From the NCBI GenBank assembly GCA_021613535.1, contig CP075493.1:16306001-16370000 (forward strand): a DNA stretch of 64,000 nt, written 5' to 3'. This document shows, one piece after another, positions 38,165 to 52,592 of the stretch (position 1 is its first letter; each line of letters begins with the position of its first letter). Position numbers and translations under genes: made by a program. Source of the DNA: Adineta vaga (taxonomy: Eukaryota > Animalia > Rotifera). The notes under the pieces are model-generated. The model was not told where the DNA came from. It saw nothing but the letters and a program-made list of their open reading frames with translations, and searched no databases.

Positions 38165-39923
38165 AATAAACTCAATTTGCTGGATTTCAACTCTTACTTT
38201 TCAGTAATCGACAATGTCGAATAAATAGAATAAATTTAATTTGAAAATAATTAATATACTTTTCAATAAGATATGTAGAGTTTAACTTTGCCGACGCGTT
38301 TCGCGTTCTTTTATTTATTTAGGAAAAAAAGAAGAAAAATATATATAAGTAAAAGAACACTCATCAGGGCTCTGCATAACTTGAAAAAGCATAGAAAAGA
38401 ACAATGAGATATATGATAATAATAAGGAAGAGAAAGGAGAAGAAACAATAATGGAGTAACAAGATAAATGAATGAATAAATAAATATAGATGTATCTGTA
38501 ATACAAAGTGAACGTCATAAGATAATTAAATGGACCAGTTGTAATAAACTAAATTAAAATCAATGAATGTTCACGTATTACGAGTTTGAACAAGTCGTTG
38601 TTGAAGGTTAGTAACATTACGTGTACCTAGAACCGGATTAATATCATTGATTGGTGATTCTTGAGAGAATTTTTGCCAAAGTTTATGGAATTTAGTTGGA
38701 AATGATTTCATATTGACACAATATGTAAAATGAACGAACATTGTGTGACCGAAATCAACTGGACCTTTGGCTTGTACTGGACTATTGATAATTTGGTTAC
38801 GTATGGTAATATAATTATAGAAGGTTAATGGCTCTTCTATATGGTATTTGACAAATAGATTATTGAATTGTTTATTAATAAAACTATTTGGATATTTATT
38901 AATAAGTAAAGCCATACGTAATTTTTCACGTTCATCCAGATATGATTGAAATGTTGAACAATACCGAATTGCACGTAATAACATGGTAAATGGAATGTTC
39001 TTTTTCATATGTATTGGATGAACACTACGAAATGGTAAGTAATAAGGTTCATAGCTTGGTTTATGATAAACTTTAGTGAGAAGAACACCAGCTTGATTTT
39101 CTATATAGAGATCGAGGAAATTAATTTGAAGACTAATATTTGCAGATAACTGAATATTTTCATCAAAAGTATTCCAACGAACAAGTTCTTTAAGGAAATG
39201 TCGTTGTGGCCAGTTAATAATTATAAAAATATCATCGATATAACGAAAATAGAGGCCATAACTATTATGAATTTGTCGGATAATTCTTTGTTCGAAGAAA
39301 AACATATAACAATTGGCAATAGTCAATGTTAGAGGGGAGCCCATAGCTCCACCTCGAATTTGACGATAATAATTATTATTATATTTAAAATAATTATTTT
39401 CTATAACAAATCTTGCTAATCGTATAATTATTTCTATATTTAAACCGTTGATTTGTTTAATTTTGAGATAATCGAACATTTTCCTTAATGCTAAAACTCC
39501 TTCAACTTGTGGTATCATTGTATAAAGGTCGATCACATCAATTGTACATAGAATTGTTTCTTGATGTAAATTATTTGTTGACCATTGTTGAAGATGTTTA
39601 ATTAATTCGTAACCAGATGTAACTGTTGTAGATAAAGCCATCTGATTGAATAGTGGTCGTAATAAATCATCCAAATATTTTGAAATTTTAATTGTTGGAT
39701 GTTTTAATCCAGATATAATTGGACGAAGTGGAGTACCAGGTTTATGTGATTTAGGTAACTAATATAGATGGGCTAATTCAATATCATCGGTTTGTTTAAG
39801 ACATAATTGTTCATATTTTTTTTGTGTTAGCCATTTCATAAGACGTAAATCAAGTAGATATTTATTGGTACGTTTGATTAAGTCAACTAATGGATCATTT
39901 GGACCAAAGCATTGATAGGCTTG
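38165..39923 (-). mobile_element. Athena retroelement copy D, 5'-truncated
   Basis: Starts at AYQCFGPNDPL, with a frameshift near 39795. ORF 39674-38571 has GGAMGSPL and YFRYIDD. The 3' UTR has a hammerhead and a terminal motif shared with copy B. Confidence 0.92.
38290..38370 (-). ncRNA. Type I hammerhead ribozyme with long stem II
   Basis: GCC-CTGATGA-GTGTTCTTTTA..TAAAAGAACGC-GAAAC-GCGT-C-GGC. Confidence 0.88.
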
Positions 39924-40975
39924 TATTAAATGGTTTAATGATATTAAACTTATCTAATACACATTGAAATTGTTCGTCAATAAATTGAACAGGATATTTA
40001 TTTAATAATAGATCCATTCGTAATTTGCTTCGTTCTTTTGAATAAGCTTCATATGTTGAACAATATCGAATTGCACGAATTAACATTGCAAATGGGATGT
40101 TTTTCTTCATATGTAATGGATGGATACTATTGAAAGGTAAATAATAAGGTTCATAACTTGGTTTATGAAAAACTTCTGTAAATAATTGACCATTTTGATT
40201 TTTTATAGAAAGATCGAGGAAACTAACTTGATGATTAATATTTGGAATTAAATTAATATTTTCATCGAATGTATTCCATCGATCAATTTGTTTTTGAAAA
40301 TGACGTAATGGCCAATTGACTATAATAAATATATCATCAATATAACGAAGATAAAGACCACCACTATTTGTTATTTGCCGAAGAATATTTTGTTGAAAGA
40401 AAAACATATAACAGTTAGCAATGGTCAATGTTAACGGAGAGCCCATAGTACCTCTTCGAATTTGATGATAATATTGTTTGTTATAGGAGAAGTAATTGTT
40501 TTGAATAACGAATCGAGCCAAACGAATAATCGCTTCAATTTTCAGATCTTTAATTGATTTTAATCGATGATGATCTAATAATTGTTTTAATGACAGAACA
40601 CCTTCAATTTGTGGAATCATTGTATAAAGGTCGGTAACATCGATTGTTGCTAATAAAGTTTCTTTCTTGAGATTATTTGAAGACCATTTTTGAACTTGTT
40701 GAAGTAATTCAAAACCATCTGTAACAGTGGTATTTGAAGCCATCTGATCAAATAATGGACGTAATAAATCATCGAGAAATTTCGAAATCTTTATAGTTGG
40801 ATGTTTAAGACCAGATATGATTGGACGTAAAGGTGTACCAGGTTTATGTGCTTTTGGAAGATAATAGAGATGAGCTAATTCAACTTCATCTGCTTTAACA
40901 CATAATTGTTCATATTGTTTTTGAGTTATCCATTTGCTTATTCGTAAATCAAATAGATATTTATTTGTTCGTTGC
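39924..40975 (-). mobile_element. Athena retroelement copy C, truncated at both ends and fused to copy D
   Basis: RT frame from QRTNKYLFDLR through YLRYIDD. GGAMG is mutated to RGTMG. Most similar to copy A. Confidence 0.9.
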
Positions 40976-42089
40976 TTGATCATAAGATCAGGTTTTTTGA
41001 ATGCATAAAGGATTATGTGTACCAATTATGACATTGATCTATACCAGTTGACTACTATTACAAAACTGGGATGTTAAAAAGGATCCAGCATATTTTGAAT
41101 ATAAACATTTATATTCATTATATTTGAATCTCGAAAAAATATTTTCAAGAATTTTCAAGAACCGAAAAATAGTGGCTTTTGCATATTTCGTCCAAAGACC
41201 TGGTTTTGGGGAGAACTCGAGGTTTTTACAAGGATTTTGCGATTTTTGCCTACAAAATAGCTTCTAAAAAGGATAAAAAGTAGTGCATCGTGATCAGCAG
41301 CTCACGCTCTATAAAACCATGTGCAAAAAAAATAAAAATAAATTTCACTTGATTTTTGCATTGCGTGCACCTTATATATACATCACATTTTAATGTGTCA
41401 TTAAAAATATAATCTTTCTTATCTCTATTATGATCCAAACTCAATTTCAAATTTTAATCGTTTTTGATAATTATATTCCACATGGTCATGTTCAATTAGA
41501 TATTGTTCGTTTCAATCAAAAACACTAATAAAATACCTCATCATCTTGATGAAAAACTTGTTCTTAATGCTTACCAATTAAATATAGAAGAAATCATATA
41601 TAAAACATTATTACTTCCATTTAAAATCAGTACCAAATCTAATTCATTAATTATCGACATTAAACAAATTCCAAAGGACATGATTTCTATTTCTATTTTA
41701 ATTTATTATTCAACATCATCTAATCGATCAAAAGCATTACAATAAACCTACAATGAATGAGAATGTTCATAAATTTGCTATTCGAACTTTTTCTCAAGAT
41801 GTCCCGTTACAATCAAGAATAATTCGAATGAAGGCACAAACTGTCTGAATTCGTTCTTAAACAATAATAGCTGTCTACACATTTTATTAACCAACAGTTT
41901 TTCTTTAATCATAATTTCTTGCTTTTTTTTCACTGATGAATAAAATATAAAAACAGATGTTAGTTACTTTTTGCTGTCAACACCTACAGAATCGTTTTCT
42001 TCTTTGCTTTTTTTTGAATGCATTATTTATTCCATATGTTTCAATATAAAAAAATGATAGATAATAATGGTAAATGAAATATTTTAGTA

Positions 42090-43855
42090 ATGATTAATTT
42101 TCAGAAAATTCGAAATTTACCAAGTCAGTTAATCAAATTCATAAAAAATTATAATCTATTTCAATCAATTCCACCATCAACAGATGAACATGATCTACAA
42201 AATGAACGGATTTCAACAAGATTATTTCTCATCCTTTTAACTTTTTCATTGATTATTCTTCTTATCTACAATGCATTGATTACTATTACAAAAACCGATA
42301 TTAAAAGAAATCCAACATATACTGAATATCGACGTTTACATTCATTGTATTCAAATACATTAACATGTCCATGTAAACATATTTCCATCGATTATAAAGA
42401 AATTCTTCAAGTTAATTACACATTACATGAAATATGTTCATCAGATTTTATAACACAAAAATGGTTTCAATATCTTATTGATTCTTATTATTTACAAAAA
42501 ACGGATCGCGATTTTTTAAAAGTTGTTTTATCACCATTCAAAACAATGCATTCTCTATGTGAGTTAATAAATGAAACAATTCTAAATAATTATGCTCAGT
42601 TTCAATCAATTCAATACATTAGCACATTAGTAACATCAAGAGACACATTTGAAACACAATTACAAATCTTTATAAATGAATTTCGATCGGCAACGACAAC
42701 TAATTTTAATCGTTCATTAAATCTTATGAAAAGTATAACTGATATAAATGTTTTATATTCTATACAAAGTGAGGCATACTATTTGACGAAGTCATTTGCC
42801 GATGATAAAATCAGTTCGGGACCAATGGTTTTTTACCCTTCTTATTCGTGTGCTAAATCATCAAAATATGTCAAACCAATAAGTTTTAGACATGATGGAT
42901 TAATTCCCATTCCTGGTTTATATCAAGGATGCGATGTAATCGAAGCATTATTGAAATCTACTCTTGAATGTTTGTATAATCAAACATGTTCTCATCAATT
43001 TTTCTTTCGACATGGAAATAAAAATTCATTAAAAATAAGAATTCTTAATTCAACAATAAAAGAACTTATCGATGATTTAATGATTGAAACATGGACATCA
43101 ACTATAAAACATGAAAATTATTATAATTATTGTCAACCGATCAGATATGCATTTATAGTTATCAAAGTAAAAATGAGAAACTTTATGTTGTTACAGCATC
43201 ATTTGGACTTATCGGTGGTTTAATAACTGTATTTAAATTTGTTATACCAATTGTAGTTCGATTTCTTCGAAAAAAACTACGAAAACAAATTGAAACTACT
43301 GGTAAGAAGAAAATTATATATTATATTTTACTTATTTATATTTCAGAAACCAATACAATTCAATCAAAATCTTCATTATTACAAAGATTATTTCATTTTC
43401 TCATAACTCTCAATTTATTTCCATCATTTCCACCATCTACCAATCAAATTCATCTCGAAGATTAACGAACTTCAACAAGATTATTTCTCTTTATAATTAT
43501 TCTTTCTATATACAATGTTTTAATCATAACTGGTAAGCCTGTTTCAATCAAAACACCAACATATACTGAATATCAACGTTTATATTCATTATATTCAAAT
43601 GCATTAACATGTCCATGTAAACATATTTCAATTGATTATAAAGAAATTCTTCAAATTGATTATACATTACATCAACTATGTTCATCACATTTTATTAAAC
43701 AACGTTGGATTGATCATCTTTCACACACAGCTTTATTGATATTAACAGATATACGAGATTTTCGCATGTCAGCTAACAAATTTTTCCATGCTTTAAGTAT
43801 AATATGTGAATCAATAAATAAAACAATTACTGATAATTATTCACAATTTTACTGA
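42090..43855 (+). pseudogene. 'CPC...CSS' membrane-protein family member with tandem domain repeat; disrupted and truncated
   Basis: TM plus YSNTLTCPCKHISI..HEICSSDFITQKW. The domain repeats after 43400 (YSNALTCPCKHISI). Frameshift near 43130 and a stop at 43463. Confidence 0.7.
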
Positions 43856-43913
43856 ACATTTTCGAACAAAGATAACAAATAATTTTGTTTATATCATTCA
43901 AATGGTTGAATAT

Positions 43914-46900
43914 CGGCACGGCCAAGCGTTACGGAATTTCATTTTTTCAACTTGTGAGACTTATATCTCTTCGATAACAAGAGAGATGCTTCTGAAATTT
44001 TGGGCATATATGAAGGTCTACTAGCTCTATCAACGCTGAAAATTTCACTGAGTTATCGCAAGCCGTAGCGAAGTTATTTGAAAATCATCGTTCGTTACGG
44101 AATTTCAAAAAATGGACAAACTTTTGACGGGTGACTTAGATTTTAGCATTTTTCTACGAAACTAATCTTTTCATAAACGGACGTTCTACACAAAAGTTGT
44201 TCAGTTTTTCACAAGCTCTTAGAATACCATGTCGTTTTCTGTGTTGGACAATCCCTTTAAATAGAGTACCTTAAAAGATTGAACGTTACGGAATTTCAAA
44301 TGTTACGGAATTTCACCTATTTTTTACGACTTGAATGCAGAAGGTTTAATACATTAAATTTTAAATAAATTGTTTCACAAAGTTATTAATTTTTGTTCAA
44401 GATTGTTGAAAAAGATTATTTTTTTTAATTCGACTAATTTTATTTTTGTTACCATAAAGAAAATTCTACAAACATAGCTAATAGTTTATCATATAAATAC
44501 AAAATCAACAAGAATCAATATATATCTATTAAAAATTTACTATTGTTCTTTTATCACTGTAAAAATAACCTTTACATTCGATTTTATCAGTATCTAAAAC
44601 TGTCATTGAATGTACTTTTTGAATATTTGGTACTGCTTTCACTTGATTAAAAATTAATTGAAGACCATCACGATCGTCTTCAATTTCTTCTGGTGATAAT
44701 TCATCAATTAAAAATGAAGTTTTTTTTTGTTCAATTAAATGTAAAAAATCATTTGCATTTCTACATCGTTTACCAGCCATGACATCTTGATACACCATTC
44801 TTTTCACCGATCCACCAATGCCATCCACTACCAATATTAATCATGAAAGAATGACCTTTTCGTATCTATTATGCTTCATCAATATCCTTCTTAGTCAAAA
44901 TCCGATACCGTTTCCATACATTCATTTTACCCTGAAAACTTTTTTCATACATTTTGTTCTGTCTTACCTACCTTTACCATGATGACTTGCGAAGAAGTTC
45001 CATGATAACTTTAGAGAAAATTGACCAGCCAAATATGTCAAATTCTTGAACAGAAATCTTTGTTTGAACTGTGAAGCACTACCATCACTGAAAACTATTA
45101 ATTCTTTCATTGAAGGTAATAACATTTGTAAACGATTGAATAAAATTTCGAGGCATTTCGCAACGGTGTATTTGTCGTGACAGCAGTTACCGGATATTAT
45201 TACCAATGGATATGTATTTGATTTAGACCAGACGTGTGCAGTAAAAAGTGATAATTGTTTACGACTCCAATGAGCACTTTGTATTTCGTTCTGTTCGATG
45301 ATAGAGTAATTTTCAGAATAGTCAACTTGTAATAAACACTTTTCTTCTGTGACAGTTTTCTTCAACATCTCAAAAGCATTTGATTGTTGTCGTTTAATGA
45401 AGACATGAAGCAAAAAAGAATTGATTTTGGTTCGTAAAATATTAACACAATTTTGAACAGTTCCTTCGTAATCAATTTTAACTGTTCGACCTTCTTTTGT
45501 TGTTGACCATAACGACCATTTAATGGTTGCAAATGGATTAGTGATTTGATCTTCAATTTTCGTTTTGAAATAATTCGAACATTGACTACAATTGCTAAAC
45601 ATACAAAGTTCTTTGCTATCATCACATACTAGTAATTTGATTAATGAATTTAAATCAATCGATTTAATACCATGAACATGTTCATTAATTGCTTGTAAAA
45701 GAAGAGATATATTCTCATGATAAATACATAAACAAAGATTGTGTTGTGTTTCTGATTTGTATAAAACATTGCATGGTCGTAAACTTTTAAAACTTGAGCA
45801 ACTAATCACAACTTGTGGATTTTCTTCAATGAATAATTGATAAATTTCATTCAATGTATATAATAAATAACGTTTTTGCAACTTTTTCTTTTCGCCATTT
45901 TCTCTAATTGTAATTGAATCTTTTTTACCAGGTGCTTGATAACTTATATCATCACGAAAATAAAAATCATACACTTGTCTTTTCACATCTGTTGATAAAG
46001 CTTGTTGTTTCCGTTCAATTTTTTTTCTAATTGAACTATATTCAAATTTACAGCAATTTCTTTGATTAAGTCATACTGTTTGTCTTTATTTGCAGGTAAA
46101 GCATTTAGAACTCTTTTCAAAGCTTTGGCTTTCGATTGTTTTGTTCGAAATGATGAATCTGGTGCTGATGGCAGAGTTGGATTTAATTTTGATTTTGTAC
46201 GAAATTTACGAAGATTAACTTGTTGACGTAAACGTAATTTTTTCAATTTAGATAATGACATTTTTGAACGAGCAAGTCGTTTACGTTTACAATCTTGTCG
46301 TTTTATTAATTCGTGTAAACCTGCTGCTTTCTTTTTTTGTCGACAACGTCGAGCTCTCTCAGCACCGCAGAGAGCCATTAGAGAAGAAAGAGCTGATGAT
46401 TTATCTAAAATATAAAAAATCAGGAAAGGTGATGAATAATTATGTGACTAAGTCACCAAAATATATTGAAAAACAATGAATAGATCATGTATTAATTATA
46501 CAATATACATATGAAAATAATACAAATCTAAGTTTGAATGTATGATAAAAAAAGCTGTGTTCATTTAAAAGAAGACATATGTATTCGGTATAATTGTATG
46601 AAATTCCGTAACGAAGTATTTCGAATATAATTACACAACAATAGAATTTAGAATCAATGAAAAGTAGTCCGTTCGATAGCTCTAAAAAAGATCTATCCAA
46701 TGATATCATTTTCAAAAAATGAATCGATATCCACCAAGAAGGAAACACATTAGTACCTTTTTTCGTTACGGAATTTCATGAAAAACTCAGTCGTTTTGTG
46801 AAGAACAGATAAATCTATGCAACAATTGGATTCTCTTCCAAAGCTACTTCTCTGACAGAACACGTCTTCTTCTATATATCTATGCAATTTTTGATTCGAT

Positions 46901-47139
46901 TTGCTTTAAATATGAACATTTTTTAACCAATATTTTGTCATGATCTAAAGATGTCACTCTGTGACAAGTTCATTGGAGAACAGAACAATGCCACTGTTAT
47001 TTAACAAATATGTATTACTTAACTAGTGACACTTTTTTTCAACACTATCAAATGTACTCTATTCCAAAATATACTCATTTTCCTTCAATCTTAAATTCGA
47101 ACCTTCCCCAACGAAGGGGACCGATGGCTGGCCGTGCCG
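43914..47139 (-). mobile_element. Sola-like (probably Sola2) DNA transposon
   Basis: TIR CGGCACGGCCA / TGGCCGTGCCG, flanked by TAT on both sides. Repeated subterminal motif CGTTACGGAATTTCA. Confidence 0.8.
44529..46378 (-). pseudogene. DDD transposase of the Sola-like element, frameshifted
   Basis: QVDYSENY, EIQSAHW, FSDGSASQFK, WNFFASHHGKG|VVDGIGGSVKR. Frameshift in a homopolymer near 46020; the last splice acceptor lacks AG. Confidence 0.75.
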
Positions 47140-47307
47140 TATCCTAATTCTTGTTAATTTTCTTTTCATTTTCACTTGTTTTATGACTTTTCTTTATTAA
47201 ATATCAAAGCATTTTACATATTGAAATGATTCTCATTTTGATATTATTTGTTTGTCCTTGTAGATTAACCTTCGATTGTCCTAGTCAAAGTTTTTGAAAG
47301 AACATAA

Positions 47308-48279
47308 TGTATTCAACAAATGTTGCAAAATCATTGTCACGTGTTCTTTATGAAAAGGTATGGTATAATAGTAGAAGTAGAAGAGGAATGTCGTTATTCA
47401 TTATTATCATCATCTTTGTTTCGTTTGCTATTGTAGAAGTGGGGTGTTTATACAGATGACCATGGGAGATTTTTGTCATGGATCGTAAGGGTCAGGTAGG
47501 AATAACAAGAGTACTGATGGTTGATTCTAGTTGAATCATTCATTTTGTTAGGCTGTATTTCCATTTTCACGTCGGCCAGTTCCTGTCAATCTTTTTCAAG
47601 CTCTAAGAGCTAAGATGGCTGCTCAAATAGCCAAAGAAAAAGATTATCTTCATATCGATGAAAAAGAGTATGTTTACATAGATTCTTGTAATGCATTTTC
47701 CTACTGTTATGTGTTCATTTTGTCTCTAGGCTTGATCTCGATTTCAATCGATTACCAACAGAACATGGTTTTCGTCGATGTTCAACACCAAAATCTAACA
47801 TCGATGGAAATTTTAGTAGTCATGGATCATCTGGAAGCAAGTCATTATCATCATCAGGTGAATTTTCAGTTCATGAAAATAATGATGACAAACCTATGTT
47901 GGAAGAAATAGAGTACGTCCATTTTTCATTTGTGTTCATATATCTATATAAAAGTTGTATTTATTTTCCTAGAGAATCGGTGGACATAGCTGCTGAACCA
48001 TGGTCAATTGCGACGACATTCGAAGAAATTGATCTTAGTCATAACGTGTCAACAAATTCTACTATTCCTCATTTTCTACCTGATCGATACGATAAGGACG
48101 ATGATGAAGAGGAGAGCTGGGACAGTAATGATCTTTCTGACTATATACGTTATGAATATGATTATTATGGTTATCTTCGTGAAATGGAGGAAGAATATGG
48201 CCAATACGATGATTATCTCGACGGATCATTTTGGGCAGGTCTACCAGATCCTTTTGAATCGTATGATTGGGAATGCTGA
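47308..48279 (+). pseudogene. Small multi-exon ORF with acidic C-terminus, co-oriented upstream of the Athena CC ORF
   Basis: Short exons with GT-AG introns and an Asp/Glu/Tyr-rich last exon. Apparent in-frame stop near 47604. Confidence 0.45.
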
Positions 48280-48928
48280 TGAAAACAATTGTGGCATTGT
48301 TGAGACATTTTTTCCTGTGTTTCTTTTTGTTTTTACGTTGCGTATTATCATCTTTTCGTAGTCTATTGTTATGTGAAAATAAACTTTTTTCCTAGTCCGA
48401 TCTTTGTTGTTGCTTTTCGTGTACAAATTCTTCACTGAGAGTCCTATACAAATGAGTAGAAGCAGTAGAACTAAGCGGTTGGAATCAGAAGTAAATGAAT
48501 TATCAAGTTGAAACTCATTGTCTACATTTTCTATTGAACAGAAGAAGTATAATCGACAGCATATGTATTATACACGTCATTTGTTCAATAAAAATGATAT
48601 TCTTTCAAAAGATAACTTGATAACTCATTGACTTTTGATTTCAATCGCTTCTTTTTTTATCAAAAACTATTTGTGTGTTTTCTATGATAAATAGTGGACA
48701 TAACTATTTGTCATATATATATATATATACTTTTTTTGTCCGACAAAATCCAACCCTTTACTTCCACGTAGTGTCGGATGGAAACGTTAACATATACAGT
48801 TTGTTAACGGCTAAAAAGGGCTATGGTGTTACTATATCGGTCATAACGATTGATATTGTTGTTGTTGATGAAACAGATGATACTTATTTGTGTTTGTATA
48901 TTGTAGATTAAATCTTCTATTGATCATT

Positions 48929-50563
48929 ATGGAATCTGCTGAAGATAATCAAACAGATAAGAAAGCACAGAAGAGGAATCATCGTGGAACTAGACGACAA
49001 CAACGCTACAGAGCAAAAGCGAAGCTTCTGCAACTATGTGAACTTGCTAGTGCACAAGCTGCAGAACTTATGGAAGTAGAAGAAGAAGAAGATAAACAGA
49101 TGAACAATAGCTTGCAAATGAATTTCTCATTGGTATGTATGTCTATGTTTGAAAGATGTTGTATTTCGAAGATAAAAACATAAAGAACATCATTTTGTAT
49201 TACAGGATGAGCAAAATAATGAAATGGAGAGACAAACAAGAAGAAGAAGAGGAAGATCGAACAAACGACGAATTGAATCGATCATGACGCCGACGATAAT
49301 GACAGAGAATGATGTGATTCAATCATTTAGTCAATTATCGATTATTCCACACGCGGCGGAGAATGTTGCGGTGAAGCGAAGAAGAAGAGCAGCTAAACAT
49401 CGATCATCAAAAAAACATCATCTTGTTCCAAAGCAACAAAGTGATGTATATCTACCGGATTATTTGAATGTTCCAGATCGAATATTCAAGAAAATGTTCA
49501 TATCGGCATCCAAAAGTCTGCATGCTTCTGTTCCATACAATATGATTTGTCGATGGTTAGACAATAGTTCTAATATGCGACATATTCGTGAACATGCTCG
49601 TCTATTAGATAAACTATTGTTTCTACAATTACAACAAGCAATATGGACAGAATATTTTAACATTGGCAGTCTATCAGATGGTGTATGGGCATCTGAAGTA
49701 CAAGAGAAAATCAATCGGCGAATGAAAGATGAATCTATTACTAATATAGATCCATTAACTTTTGTTACTCAATATCGACAAAATATTGAAGAACAATTGC
49801 ATGCAACAGAAAATGATTTAAATATACATTTAAATCATGTGAACTACATTGTTGGAGAAAAATCACAAATGCAGCCGATTGATTTTTCTGTAATATTGAA
49901 GGCATTTGTTCGACGTGGACAACATAAATTAAATGGTGAATTCGAATGTAAAAAACGGCTATTACATTTCGATTATCAAGATCATCTCTTGACGAAAGTT
50001 TTCTTTGATTTGAAACCGACGAAAAGACAGGTATAGTTGCAGACACATTCGAGAGAGACTTCTGTTGAGTATATATTTTCTTACAGATTCGATCGGCTAC
50101 AAAGATTTGGTCTGCTACATTTAAACAACAGATTGCTGAAGAACAAATAATGATACTTAAACATCGTATATCTTCAAGAATATTACCGAAGATATTCGAT
50201 GTATTAGATCATTCATTAGTTGATCTCAATAGAAATCTACAAGATCGCGTGATCGATAATGATATACGTGCGACCATAACAAGTCGCCGTAATAAAGTTA
50301 TTGGTCAATTGAAAGCCGATATGATATCAATGGAGATTTCAATAGCCGAAGCAACAGCACGTGGTCATGCACAAAAAGTTAAACGAGAAAAAGAAGTATT
50401 GCTATCAAATCAATGCTCGCATGATGGAGATGAAGCAATGATTAATAATATGATTAATACTATTCAGGCTCGTCAAGATAATATTATTAAACGAGCACAA
50501 TATGTTACTGCCTGTAAAGTGTCTTTTTTCGACGAAACTCCGGCGATGCTGCTTATGGATTAG
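48929..50563 (+). CDS. Athena/Terminon coiled-coil ORF1 (3 exons)
   Basis: ATG at 48929; introns 49133-49205 and 50031-50086 keep frame. KR-rich motif KRNHRGTRRQQRYRAK, a PDYL motif and a coiled-coil C-terminus ending ..KVSFFDETP.. Confidence 0.8.
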
Positions 50564-50589
50564 AAGGATGGCAACAGCATCGTCGGAGT
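50524..50589 (+). promoter_or_regulatory. Programmed -1 ribosomal frameshift signal
   Basis: Slippery T TTT TTC (50524-50530) in the ORF1 frame, a 6-nt spacer, then a 15-bp stem 50537-50551 / 50575-50589 with one G:U. The -1 frame is closed by TAA at 50515 and open after it into RGPKYVP. Confidence 0.9.
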
Positions 50590-52592
50590 ATAAACATAAA
50601 TCGACTTCCATCATCAGCTATTGTAGAAGTGGCCACGCCACTACAACAAGCACATTTGTTACTTTTGGCACGAGGTCCAAAATATGTTCCAACATGTCAA
50701 AGTTACTTTGCACTTCGTTCCATTAATGATATTATCCATCGTGAATATGAACGAATGTCAAAAGTAATTACGGGATGTTTAACGGACAATTGTATATCTG
50801 CATCAGATGAACGTGCAAAATGATTTCTTATTTCCTTAAAAAATCTCCTGACAGATTTGTGTACAACGAAAGATATTCAACAGAAATTATATCGAACACG
50901 TCAACAAATTGTTCTACGACGAACGGACAAGAGTAAGGTGTTTCACTTGGGTTCATTCAATGATTATGAACAGAAAGCAACACATTATATGATGAAGACA
51001 TGTGCTTATGAAGAAGTCCACAATGGGAAGTGTCCATTAGCTGCTAATTTATCATCGGTGATGGACTTACTCGATAGATTATTGAAAAATAATGCTATTA
51101 ATATAAAACAATGGTCTGCAATGAAACCAAATAGAGATAAAGTGGAACTAGGTCATCTCTATTTCTTGCCTAAGCCTCATAAAGTAAGATGATGTGTGAA
51201 TGTATCTATTTTCGTATTGTTGATGTTTTTTTTTCAATGGTCATATTCTTAGATTGGTACACCATTGCGACCTATTATTTCTTCGATGAATGGGCCGACG
51301 AATAAAATATCCCATTTCTTAGATCATCTTCTTCGACCACTCTTTGATCATGTGGCGAAACAGACGACATTCATCAATGGTATTGATCTTGTCCGACAAT
51401 TAGAAGAATACCAACGAGATGGTCGTCTTTCGATATCAACTCAATTTATTACATTTGATGTCACTGATCTATATACGATGATACCAAGAAATGGGTCATT
51501 GGAAGCATTAGGACGATTCTTAATTAAAACGTCGACAAAAGGCAAAATTGGTAATTTATCTATTGATACGATCTTAAAACTAGCTCGTCTAGTATTAGAT
51601 ACAAATTATTTTGTCTATAATAATAAATATTATCGACAAATTAAAGGTGGTGCAATGGGTTCGGCATTTACGATGACATTGGCCAATGTCTACATGTTAG
51701 AGTGGGAACAACCATTAGTCGAATTGCAAGCACAACAAGGAGAGTTGTATGGAAGGAAGTGTATATTCATGGAGTATTCTATGTCTTCTTTATAGATATA
51801 TCGATGATGTATTCATGACATCGAATATGTCTATTGATAAAATTCGTGCAAAGCTCGATTGGATGAATGAGAAGGATGGTGATCATATACGAATCACTTA
51901 TTCAGTTGGTTTCAAAGTCGAATTTCTCGATGTTCAAATTGAAAATCATCATGGTTCATTGAAGACATCCGTTTATCGTAAACCAGCTATTACCATATTC
52001 ATCTGATCATCCTCGTCATATACATATCAACATACCGTATGAAGCATTGTTACATGCTGCTCGATTATGTTCAGATGTGTATGCATTCGACAAAGAACGA
52101 TTAGACATCGAAATGAAACTTCTATTAAATGGATATCTGCCGAGATTTCTTAATTATAATTTCGATCGATTCTTTCGATTGAATCAGGTGATAGAAGTTC
52201 ATACTCAGTTAGATGTGCAGCAATATCAAACTTTACATCGAAAATTATTATATTTGCCTACACGACGTGAGAAGAAACATCAACGACAGTTAACAGATCA
52301 ACTTAGTGAAAAGTTAGTTGCAAATAATGATGTGGTAACAAAGAAGAAATGGAATAGGAAGATCTTAATGTTACCACATACATTCGAAAGTGGTCCATCG
52401 AAGGATTTCAATCGACAGTTTCGGAAATTATGGACGAAATATTATGGTTACAAAGGATCAGTTGTCAAAGATGTACGTGTCATGATAACAGCATTGACGA
52501 ATCCATCTTTGGATGATCTGTTTGTTCGAAAGAAACCTTCGGCATCACTATTGACCAGAATGGAAGCAACAGACGTTGAACAGTTGATCTGA
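50524..52592 (+). pseudogene. Intron-containing Athena reverse transcriptase, decayed
   Basis: RGPKYVP, RRTDKS, LYFLPKPHK|IGTPLRPII (intron 51184-51252), DVTDLYT, GGAMGS, YGR|YIDD (intron 51756-51795 with damaged donor), FLDV. Stop at 50821 and frameshift near 51988. No GIY-YIG domain. Confidence 0.9.
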
